The notes beneath the pieces are model-generated. The model ran no database searches. It saw only the letters and a program-made list of their open reading frames with translations, and was not told where the DNA came from. The position numbers and the translations under genes are program-made. A stretch of 36,841 bases of DNA from a virus (lineage: Duplodnaviria; Caudoviricetes): IMG/VR virus record IMGVR_UViG_3300017747_003994, positions 1 through 36,841 of that record; one strand, given 5' to 3'. Of this stretch, positions 1 through 6,645 are shown in pieces; position 1 is the stretch's first letter; each line of letters starts with the position of its first letter.

Positions 1-396
1 ATCCGAACCAAGTTCTTCTTTGGTACGCTTTAATTCAGCCGATAACTCTTCGCCTTTTAATTCAGCGTTGATGGTAATCGGTTCTTTATTAGCGTCAAGA
101 ACAAAAGCGAATGGAGTTTGAACAGTTGGTGCTGGAATTTTGTTGAATTCCAATAACAAGTTCATCTTTTTTCTGTAACCTTCTAAGTATTTCACCTGAG
201 AAGTTCTCATGAATTCTTTCTTTTGAAGTTTCAAACCAAGTTCTTCTTCAACAACCATTACAATCATTCCATTTCCTTTTTGTGAAACTTCTGATTCAAC
301 GGAAACGATTTTTACGTTACCTGATTGATTCAATTGAACGGTTGATTTAGCCTCACCTGATTGACGTTTCGCCAATAATGCTTTTAAATTACTCAT
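1..396 (-). CDS. Hypothetical protein, possibly DUF669-like/OB-fold ssDNA-binding protein; truncated by the window edge and absent from the ORF track
   Basis: ATG at 396 after an A-rich leader; frame open to base 1: MSNLKALLAKRQSGEAKSTVQLNQSGNVKIVSVESEVSQKGNGMIVMVVEEELG... The segment VKIVSVESEVSQKGNGMIVM resembles the DUF669 pattern (inference). Confidence 0.75.
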   Translation of the reverse strand, partial: MSNLKALLAKRQSGEAKSTVQLNQSGNVKIVSVESEVSQKGNGMIVMVVEEELGLKLQKKEFMRTSQVKYLEGYRKKMNLLLEFNKIPAPTVQTPFAFVLDANKEPITINAELKGEELSAELKRTKEELGSD

Positions 397-433
397 TTGT
401 TTTAGTTTTTAATTGTTACGACATTGTAACAAA

Positions 434-468
434 ACAAAGGACAACAAAGCCCTAAAACTCTGTTGTCC
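434..468 (-). promoter_or_regulatory. Repeated intergenic motif/hairpin, copy 1
   Basis: Minus strand AGGGCTTTGTTGTCCTTTGT forms the 3' arm of hairpin GGACAACAGAGTT-TTAG-GGCTTTGTTGTCC with G-U pairs; about 39 nt upstream of ATG 396. Confidence 0.7.
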
Positions 469-534
469 AGTTGTGAGCATAATGAATCATGTATGCTACT
501 CTCCCAATGCTATCTTTGTAAACCTAAAAACAAA

Positions 535-557
535 GCAAAGGGCACAAAAGCACCCTT
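535..557 (-). promoter_or_regulatory. Repeated intergenic motif/hairpin, copy 2
   Basis: Minus strand AAGGGTGC-TTTT-GTGCCCTT-TGC, just after the stop of 564..911. Confidence 0.65.
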
Positions 558-563
558 ACTTGA

Positions 564-911
564 TTAGTAAATAGCAATATACCAATTCTTTGATTCATCC
601 CAGTTTGATGTTTGCACGATATGGAATTTTATTTTCTTTGATTTGAATTCAAAGAATCCACTCATGCTTGAATCAAATGTGATTTCTCTTAGAAAATCCC
701 AGATATACATTGGATATAAATCATACAATCTGTCTTTGTATTTCTTTTTAGGACATAAGAATGTATGTTTTCTTTCCATGTATTCTGTTAGCATATTGTC
801 GTTGTTTCCTTCAAGTATTATGAAGGATTTCATGTTTTGAATTTTGAAGTAAAGTTTTTCTTTATCTTCTATCAATCCACGATGTAGATTAATCTTTAAA
901 TTTTTATGCAT
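564..911 (-). CDS. Hypothetical phage protein (115 aa)
   Basis: A-rich leader (AATTAAAAACTAAATAGTT-ATG); flanked by motif copies 2 and 3. Confidence 0.75.
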   Translation of the reverse strand: MHKNLKINLHRGLIEDKEKLYFKIQNMKSFIILEGNNDNMLTEYMERKHTFLCPKKKYKDRLYDLYPMYIWDFLREITFDSSMSGFFEFKSKKIKFHIVQTSNWDESKNWYIAIY

Positions 912-931
912 AACTATTTAGTTTTTAATTA

Positions 932-963
932 ATAAACAAAGGGCTGTAAAGCCCTTTGTTTAT
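932..963 (-). promoter_or_regulatory. Repeated intergenic motif/hairpin, copy 3
   Basis: Perfect 14-bp inverted repeat ATAAACAAAGGGCT-gtaa-AGCCCTTTGTTTAT. Confidence 0.75.
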
Positions 964-965
964 CA

Positions 966-1265
966 TTACATCTGTAACTCCCAAGTACCGTCATACTTGC
1001 ACTCATCACCAAAGCTGATATGACCTTGTAATTTACCATTGCCTTCCAATGATTGCTCATTGATTCCAATAGTTATACTCGGTCTGTTCAACTTCATCTT
1101 GTCTGCAAATGATAATGCTTTGTATCTAATGACAGCTTTTGCATTATCAATGCTTGTAACAAGATGTTTTTCGGTTACTTCTGCAACATTGTTGTTTGTT
1201 CCAAAGATTGTAACATTCAAGTTCCCGAATTGCTCAGGAACGATAACAGCGAATTGATTTTTCAT
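966..1265 (-). CDS. Hypothetical phage protein (99 aa, start revised to ATG 1265)
   Basis: MKNQFAVIVPEQ...; ATG 1265 follows leader AACCTAAAACTAAATGTT, whereas the track start at 1292 lies inside the hairpin. Confidence 0.75.
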   Translation of the reverse strand: MKNQFAVIVPEQFGNLNVTIFGTNNNVAEVTEKHLVTSIDNAKAVIRYKALSFADKMKLNRPSITIGINEQSLEGNGKLQGHISFGDECKYDGTWELQM

Positions 1266-1288
1266 AACATTTAGTTTTAGGTTAATAA

Positions 1289-1312
1289 TCAAAGGACATT
1301 AAAGCCCTTTGA
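1289..1312 (-). promoter_or_regulatory. Repeated intergenic motif/hairpin, copy 4
   Basis: Minus strand TCAAAGGGC-TTTAAT-GTCCTTTGA; pairs fully (one G-U) only as minus-strand RNA. Confidence 0.7.
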
Positions 1313-1319
1313 GTAATAG

Positions 1320-1586
1320 TTACGACAACTTTTCGATACATTCTTTAATCATTTGATGTCCTTTTACAGACTCTTCATAAGTTGAATATCTTTTTTGATA
1401 TCCTTCTAAGTCTGGATCTCCGAACACCATTGTTTCGAACATACAATTATAAACACCAACAAATACTGTTGATATTATCGTTGTTCCAAAGTTATCTTTA
1501 GCAATTATATCATCACTGATGTTTTGCTTTAGATACTCATCATAACTAACCTTTACAGGTTGTTTATCTTTTAAAATGTAGTACAT
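1320..1586 (-). CDS. Conserved small phage protein of unknown function (STVF...FETMVFG...YQxRYST...GH family)
   Basis: ISTVFVG...MFETMVFGDPDLEGYQKRYSTYEESVKGH matches a motif pattern I recognise from widespread uncharacterised phage proteins. Confidence 0.8.
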   Translation of the reverse strand: MYYILKDKQPVKVSYDEYLKQNISDDIIAKDNFGTTIISTVFVGVYNCMFETMVFGDPDLEGYQKRYSTYEESVKGHQMIKECIEKLS

Positions 1587-1610
1587 AGTATTTAGATTTA
1601 ATTAATTAAT

Positions 1611-1635
1611 ACAAAGGGCTGTTAAGCCCTTATGT
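1611..1635 (-). promoter_or_regulatory. Repeated intergenic motif/hairpin, copy 5
   Basis: AAGGGCT-gtta-AGCCCTT inverted repeat abutting the stop of 1636..1854. Confidence 0.7.
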
Positions 1636-1854
1636 TTACAATTCAATTGTGATGTTTCTTAATATGGTTTCATAATTTTCTACGATTGAATCTATTCTTT
1701 TTTCAAAGTCTTCAATTGTATAAACATCATTAGTCAAATCATTGAATACAGGAAGGTTTACTTCTTTTACTGTATTAATAACATCTTGTTTGTTTTCAGT
1801 ATTTAATCCACCGAAATATTCCAGTAAATTACCTAAAATGATTGTGTTTTCCAT
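1636..1854 (-). CDS. Hypothetical acidic protein (72 aa)
   Basis: A-rich leader; first gene of the leftward array. Confidence 0.7.
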   Translation of the reverse strand: MENTIILGNLLEYFGGLNTENKQDVINTVKEVNLPVFNDLTNDVYTIEDFEKRIDSIVENYETILRNITIEL

Positions 1855-1891
1855 GTTGTAATAGTATTTAGTTTAAATTAGTTTAATTGAT

Positions 1892-1930
1892 ACAAAAGAC
1901 AATAAAGCCCCTAAACATTATTGTATTTGT
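1892..1930 (-). promoter_or_regulatory. Repeated intergenic motif/hairpin, copy 6
   Basis: Minus strand GGGGCTTTATTGTCTTTTGT within an imperfect hairpin (ACAATAA/TTATTGT); no ORF upstream of it. Confidence 0.6.
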
Positions 1931-1931
1931 T

Positions 1932-2010
1932 TAGCCGACAACAAACGGCTATTAATTATTATCATTGAGAATCAATGATAATAATATATTTATCCGACAA
2001 CAAACGACTA
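1932..2010. repeat. 13-bp direct repeat CCGACAACAAACG x2
   Basis: Copies at 1935-1947 and 1994-2006; the first lies in hairpin TAGCCG-acaacaaa-CGGCTA. Confidence 0.8.
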
Positions 2011-2445
2011 AGTTCACCTAAATACGTTTAGATTCTTGACTATCTCATTTATTTCCGCTAACTTTACAAAGTCTTAGGACAATATCACACATCTTTACAT
2101 CGTATATAATATTCTCAATAGATAGTAAAGCACACATAATTATAACATTGATTAACGTAGATAAGGGATTACCTCACAAGTAATAGATTGATTATATTAT
2201 AGTTAATTAGTTCTACATAATCGTCAAAAATGATTAGAATTTATCATTATTAGACGATATTTTTTCCAAAATGAAAAAATTTTTGATGAATTGATGCCTC
2301 CCTGTTTCCATTTTGATTTTATTATCGGGGTTTTTTAGTGATAACCTCCGTACCGGGGTATCACAAATATAATTTTCAGTACTATAGGGGGGGTGTTTGT
2401 ACTGTAAAGTTTACGCAATGGGGGTTAGTTATGTAATTTTTGAAT

Positions 2446-2970
2446 ATGGAGAGGATAGAGATGTTTGAGCAAATGGTTAAGGAGTATTTGGATGTTGAGT
2501 CCAGGTTGCTTGATAAGGTATTTAGTGGATTATTGAGGAGGGGTGTAATGAGGGATGATATTGAGAAGATGAATGTAAGGAAGGTTTTTACGTTTGGTAG
2601 TATGAGTTATGGATTAGTTGTACGATTAGGTGAATCTGATGTTATGGTGGGGGTGGTAGAAAGGGAGATGAATGTTGAGGGGGGATATTATAAGGTAAAG
2701 TTTCAGATTAGTGATAGGGGTAGGGAGTTTATAGATCAGGGATATTTGATGTACGAGAATATGGATGAGGAGACGGCGCATGCGTTATTGAATAGTGAAT
2801 TAAAGGATATGGAAGGTGGAGAGAGGATTTACCGGTATGAGGGAGATACGAAGTATTATGGATGGTTTTTAAGTTGGGTAAGTAATACGAGGATTATGGT
2901 AAGGATTGATGATGTAGATACGGAAGATAATGCTATTGGTTGGAAGAGGGGTGTTGTAGGTAAGGATTAA
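2446..2970 (+). CDS. Hypothetical protein (174 aa), strongly G-rich/C-poor
   Basis: Long open frame; ATG 2446 preferred over TTG 2440. Confidence 0.7.
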   Translation: MERIEMFEQMVKEYLDVESRLLDKVFSGLLRRGVMRDDIEKMNVRKVFTFGSMSYGLVVRLGESDVMVGVVEREMNVEGGYYKVKFQISDRGREFIDQGYLMYENMDEETAHALLNSELKDMEGGERIYRYEGDTKYYGWFLSWVSNTRIMVRIDDVDTEDNAIGWKRGVVGKD

Positions 2971-2974
2971 TTAT

Positions 2975-2982
2975 TATCTTTG
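2975..2982 (+). promoter_or_regulatory. Bacteroidota sigma-A -7 element
   Basis: TATCTTTG matches TAnnTTTG in an intergenic position. Confidence 0.5.
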
Positions 2983-3033
2983 GAATAGTTTTTTCTTTGT
3001 TTTAAAATCGAACAATGTTTTATGTTTTGCAAG

Positions 3034-3069
3034 AAGTCCAGGGGGTAGAAATATCTTCTGGATTTTTTG
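3034..3069 (+). terminator. Intrinsic terminator
   Basis: AAGTCCAGGGGGTA-GAAA-TATCTTCTGGATTT stem with G-U pairs and GAAA tetraloop, followed by a T tract. Confidence 0.8.
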
Positions 3070-3192
3070 TTTTATAGAAAATTAGTTTTGGTTTTTAAGA
3101 ATTAATGGATAGATGCAGAAATAACCTGTTAGGGCAAATACTGCTGTTGAGGAAATAGCGATAAAGATTATTAGATTTATTTTCATAATTAT

Positions 3193-3480
3193 TTATTTAT
3201 ATGTTTGCCAACCTTCTTTTGGGATATAATTAACTGGACCGAATGATTGGTGGAAGTTTATAATTTGTATTTCTGTAACAGAGACTTTTTCGGAAATCTC
3301 TTTTCCAAATCTCTTTTTATACGCTTCGATTAGATTGCTGGGTATCGTTTGGATATCATCCCAGACAGTAATTGATTCTTTTTTAAAAATTGTTTTTAGT
3401 GTTTCGGGCTTTTTATTCGTTTTGTTTTCTTTGTAGTATGAAACTTGGAGATCACAAATAATAACTATTGGTTTCTGCAT
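3193..3480 (-). CDS. Hypothetical protein (95 aa)
   Basis: ATG-started ORF downstream of a minus-strand TAnnTTTG promoter and a structured leader. Confidence 0.6.
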   Translation of the reverse strand: MQKPIVIICDLQVSYYKENKTNKKPETLKTIFKKESITVWDDIQTIPSNLIEAYKKRFGKEISEKVSVTEIQIINFHQSFGPVNYIPKEGWQTYK

Positions 3481-3494
3481 AGGATATGTTATTA

Positions 3495-3588
3495 AACACC
3501 GAACCCCCGTTACCGAGGGTTAGATGCGAGAGAAGCGTTAATCCATCGTGGGTAGCTTAAAAGAAAGCTGAGGATTTGCCGAAGTGTC
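3495..3588 (-). ncRNA. Candidate structured RNA / 5' leader element
   Basis: GC-rich island with nested stems: GACAC..CG/CGGTGTT, AATCC/GGATT, AGCT/AGCT, and AACCCTCG-GTAA-CGGGGGTT (GNRA loop, G-U pair); begins right after the promoter. Confidence 0.5.
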
Positions 3589-3595
3589 AAAGGTA
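3588..3595 (-). promoter_or_regulatory. Bacteroidota -7 element (leftward)
   Basis: TACCTTTG on the minus strand, back-to-back with the rightward promoter. Confidence 0.55.
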
Positions 3596-3608
3596 TTATT
3601 TTTTTATA

Positions 3609-3616
3609 TATATTTG
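3609..3616 (+). promoter_or_regulatory. Bacteroidota -7 element for the packaging operon
   Basis: TATATTTG about 20 nt upstream of ATG 3637; identical octamer at 8894 and 13886. Confidence 0.7.
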
Positions 3617-3636
3617 CAATGAGAGTAAAATAAATT

Positions 3637-3888
3637 ATGTCACAAAACAATTACACCGTAGAAATTTTTAGCGAGAATAAAGGCGCTAGATGCAATGATC
3701 GTTTATATTATCATTGTCAAAATACAGGTCATTGGAAAGCCGTTGTAGGTTATTCCATTCCTGAAGAGATTACCGCTATATGCAAAAAAATTATGGAGAA
3801 TGAATTTCGCCATAAATTAGATGCAGAAGTGTTAGTCATAAATTTATTGAGAGAATTAAAAATTCCTCTTATGAATAATCACGTTTAA
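3637..3888 (+). CDS. Hypothetical protein (83 aa)
   Basis: A-rich leader; follows the promoter. Confidence 0.7.
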   Translation: MSQNNYTVEIFSENKGARCNDRLYYHCQNTGHWKAVVGYSIPEEITAICKKIMENEFRHKLDAEVLVINLLRELKIPLMNNHV

Positions 3889-3903
3889 TTTAAAATTAAT
3901 ATT

Positions 3904-4017
3904 ATGTCACAAAAAAAAGTAAAAGCTCCGAAGGGATTAAAAACTGTAAAAGCTCCAAAGGGAGTTAAGAAACTTACACCAGTTAAAGGACCAAAGAAAA
4001 TGAAATCTCCTTATTAA
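3904..4017 (+). CDS. Small Lys/Pro-rich basic peptide (37 aa), not in the ORF track
   Basis: MSQKKVKAPKGLKTVKAPKGVKKLTPVKGPKKMKSPY*; A/T-rich leader; TAATG coupling to the next ORF. Confidence 0.7.
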   Translation: MSQKKVKAPKGLKTVKAPKGVKKLTPVKGPKKMKSPY

Positions 4018-4223
4018 TGATTTCGTATCGTATTATTAGAAAGTCAAAAAGTGAATCTTCTATTGAAAAACATAGAAGATTTTCTCGTATTATAAGACGT
4101 AAGCCTCATTATTATTTTTATTTAGGAACAAGAATGAGATTTCTTTTTTTTGATTTTCATGCAACACCAAAAAATAAAACTGGTTTAATAACTGATGAAC
4201 AAGAACCATGTTTGGGACTTTAG
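4017..4223 (+). CDS. Small basic hypothetical protein (68 aa)
   Basis: TAATG overlap upstream; overlaps the TerS start downstream; Arg-rich. Confidence 0.5.
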   Translation: MISYRIIRKSKSESSIEKHRRFSRIIRRKPHYYFYLGTRMRFLFFDFHATPKNKTGLITDEQEPCLGL

Positions 4224-4762
4224 TAGATATTGAGAATGATGGAAATGTATTCCTACTGGACAAGACAATTTCTCTTGCCCCTAAACTTTTTGCTGTCTAT
4301 AAAGACAAGAACATGGGTTCACGAATGGTTCGTTGGATAGTAGCCGTTGAAGATTATAAATCTATATATCGTAAATTACCAACAGAGGAACGTGAAAAGC
4401 AAGCCTGTGAAAACTTATTAGATGGTGAAACAGGATATATGCGTAATCCAAAAGTTAATCTTGCACGTGAAGAATATCGTAAGTTACAATACGATCCATT
4501 GCTTGACCAGTATTGGGCAATGACTGATAAGATGAATGAGATTACAAAAATATTTCGAGGGATTAAAGTTGATGCAAAAAATTTAGACGAAGTAAACGAT
4601 ATGGCAATTAAAATGGAAAAAGCTGCTGAATCAAGAGAGAAATTAGAAAAACGAATTATTGCCAGTTTAGAAAAAGGTGTACAGATACATGGTAAAGAAG
4701 AGGAAGCATTATCATATCAAGAGGAAAAACTTAGAAAGAAAGAAAAAACAATGAAAGTCTGA
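4208..4762 (+). CDS. terS: Putative terminase small subunit
   Basis: Directly upstream of TerL; size and helical/coiled-coil C-terminus fit; resembles the gene preceding TerL in crAss-like phages. Confidence 0.6.
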   Translation: MFGTLVDIENDGNVFLLDKTISLAPKLFAVYKDKNMGSRMVRWIVAVEDYKSIYRKLPTEEREKQACENLLDGETGYMRNPKVNLAREEYRKLQYDPLLDQYWAMTDKMNEITKIFRGIKVDAKNLDEVNDMAIKMEKAAESREKLEKRIIASLEKGVQIHGKEEEALSYQEEKLRKKEKTMKV

Positions 4763-6645
4763 TACTAGCAGAAAAATATAGCCCGGCTGTTCATGATCCT
4801 CTTCGTTATTCTTTACGTAAGGGTTCTGCTGATTATATGAATTGGTGGAGTGAACAGTATGACCGATGTATAAATGGATATACTCCAAATGGAGGTACTA
4901 GAATGTCGGGAGCTTACTATTTTTATTTAAATTTTTGCAGCATTGATACTTTTGACCCAAAAACAAATCGTAAAAAAGTAGGTCATCCTTTTTATCGTGA
5001 CCAAGATCACGAATATTATTGTGAAATTGAAGAAGCTGAAAAAGGAGCTTACGGTCTTATTGTTTTAAAAGCAAGACGTAAGGGTTTTTCTTTTAATAAT
5101 GCTGGACTATTACTTCATGAATGGTCATTTTTTCCAAATAGTGTTTCTGCAGTAGCTTCCGAAAAAGAAGATTATGTAATGGACTTTCGTGCCAAGGTCA
5201 TGAAAGCTTACAATAAAATAGATCCATACTTTAAATTAAAATCTTATTCAAAAGCAGAAGATGGTTCTTTAATATCTGGTTATAAAGAAAAAATTGAAGG
5301 TGAATGGGTTCCAAAAGGATTACAATCAGAAATGCACTTTCGTATAGCAAAAGATGAAAACTGTTTTCGTGGACTTTCATTAAAATGGATGTTTATTGAA
5401 GAGGGTGGTGAGGTTTCAAAACTTAAAAAAATTTACCTCAACTCTGAAGAATGTTTTCGTGAAGGTTCTAAACAGTTTGGTATTCCAATTATTGGTGGTA
5501 CTTCAAATCAGATTTCCCATGAACATAGGGATTTTCAAGATATGCTTTATGATGCCAAAAAGTATAATTTAAAACCAATATTTATTCCAGCTTCAAAAGC
5601 TTATGTCGGATTCTTTGATATGAGTACAGGAAAGTCAGATGTTGCTGGTGCAACAAAAGATATTGAAAAACGTTTGGCTGAAAAAAAAGGTGATAAACTT
5701 GCGTACTATACTTTTAAACAAGAGATGCCACTTAGCATGGAAGATGCTTTTGTGTCACTTGGTAATACTCCATTTGATCTTGATAAAATTAATAATCAAA
5801 AAGCTTATATACTTACCGATACTTCTTCCCGAAAGGTTGTTCGTGGTCGATTAGAATGGCCCAGAACAAAAGAAGGTAAAAGTGTTGTTGGTGCTAAACC
5901 TGAATTTATTTTTGATGATAATGGATGTTTTGAACTTTTAGATCCACCACTTCCGTTGGATGGTTATCAATTTGCTCACGTAGCGGGTGTTGATAGTTAC
6001 AATATAAATGATGAGTTTGAAGAAAAAGGTTCAAATGATAATAAATACCGTTCAAAAGGTTGTATGTATGTGTACCGTAGGTTCTTAGGTGTAAATACAG
6101 TTGGAAATATTCCTGTAGCAAAGTATTTGGACCGACCTGCTTCAAAAGATACATTTTGTGAAAATTGTTATAAACTAGCTGTTTACTTTGATACTCAAAT
6201 ACTTGTAGAAAATACAGATGATTATTTTTTAGGATGGTTTAATAAAAAAGAAGCGTTAAGATACTTAAAAGAACGACCATTATCTTCAGATGCTCCCTAT
6301 GCAAAGCCAACAAATCGATATGGAGTTAATATGTCGGAATACCAAAAAAGTCTTTTAGTAGATTTAATTGCAGAATATGTGCGAGATTATTGCGATAATA
6401 TTTTTTTTGTGTCACTTTTGCATGAATTAGCTAAATTTGGGACAAAGAATACGGATGAAGCAATGGCTTTTGGATTATGTTTGATGCACGATATGGACAT
6501 GATTAAGCTTATTGCTAAGCCTGTAAAAGAAGAAAAAGAAGAATCATTATTTGGTTTCCATAGGGATAAAGATTCAGGTAAAATTACTTATGTGGGAATG
6601 AATAAATCTGGCTCTAAGCCACCAACATTAAATTATAACTTATGA
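4759..6645 (+). CDS. terL: Terminase large subunit (start probably CTG 4759; first ATG is 4837)
   Basis: Walker A VLKARRKGFS, Walker B MFIEEGGE, coupling motif GGTS, RNase H-like AGVDSY...TDEAMAFG; crAss-type N-terminus WWSEQYDRCINGY...SGAYYFYLNF. Confidence 0.95.
   Translation: MILAEKYSPAVHDPLRYSLRKGSADYMNWWSEQYDRCINGYTPNGGTRMSGAYYFYLNFCSIDTFDPKTNRKKVGHPFYRDQDHEYYCEIEEAEKGAYGLIVLKARRKGFSFNNAGLLLHEWSFFPNSVSAVASEKEDYVMDFRAKVMKAYNKIDPYFKLKSYSKAEDGSLISGYKEKIEGEWVPKGLQSEMHFRIAKDENCFRGLSLKWMFIEEGGEVSKLKKIYLNSEECFREGSKQFGIPIIGGTSNQISHEHRDFQDMLYDAKKYNLKPIFIPASKAYVGFFDMSTGKSDVAGATKDIEKRLAEKKGDKLAYYTFKQEMPLSMEDAFVSLGNTPFDLDKINNQKAYILTDTSSRKVVRGRLEWPRTKEGKSVVGAKPEFIFDDNGCFELLDPPLPLDGYQFAHVAGVDSYNINDEFEEKGSNDNKYRSKGCMYVYRRFLGVNTVGNIPVAKYLDRPASKDTFCENCYKLAVYFDTQILVENTDDYFLGWFNKKEALRYLKERPLSSDAPYAKPTNRYGVNMSEYQKSLLVDLIAEYVRDYCDNIFFVSLLHELAKFGTKNTDEAMAFGLCLMHDMDMIKLIAKPVKEEKEESLFGFHRDKDSGKITYVGMNKSGSKPPTLNYNL

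Noticed and set aside
643-1257. Plus-strand ORFs 643..840 and 1039..1257
   Set aside because: Antisense shadows of better-supported minus-strand genes.
434-1930. Intergenic repeats as a CRISPR array or integron attC sites
   Set aside because: Repeats are degenerate and separated by whole ORFs of 100-400 bp; no cas or integrase gene and no GTTRRRY/RYYYAAC ends.
3495-3590. tRNA or hammerhead ribozyme (plus-strand CTGAGGA)
   Set aside because: No T-loop/anticodon geometry or CCA; CTGAGGA is not followed by a stem II and GAAA.
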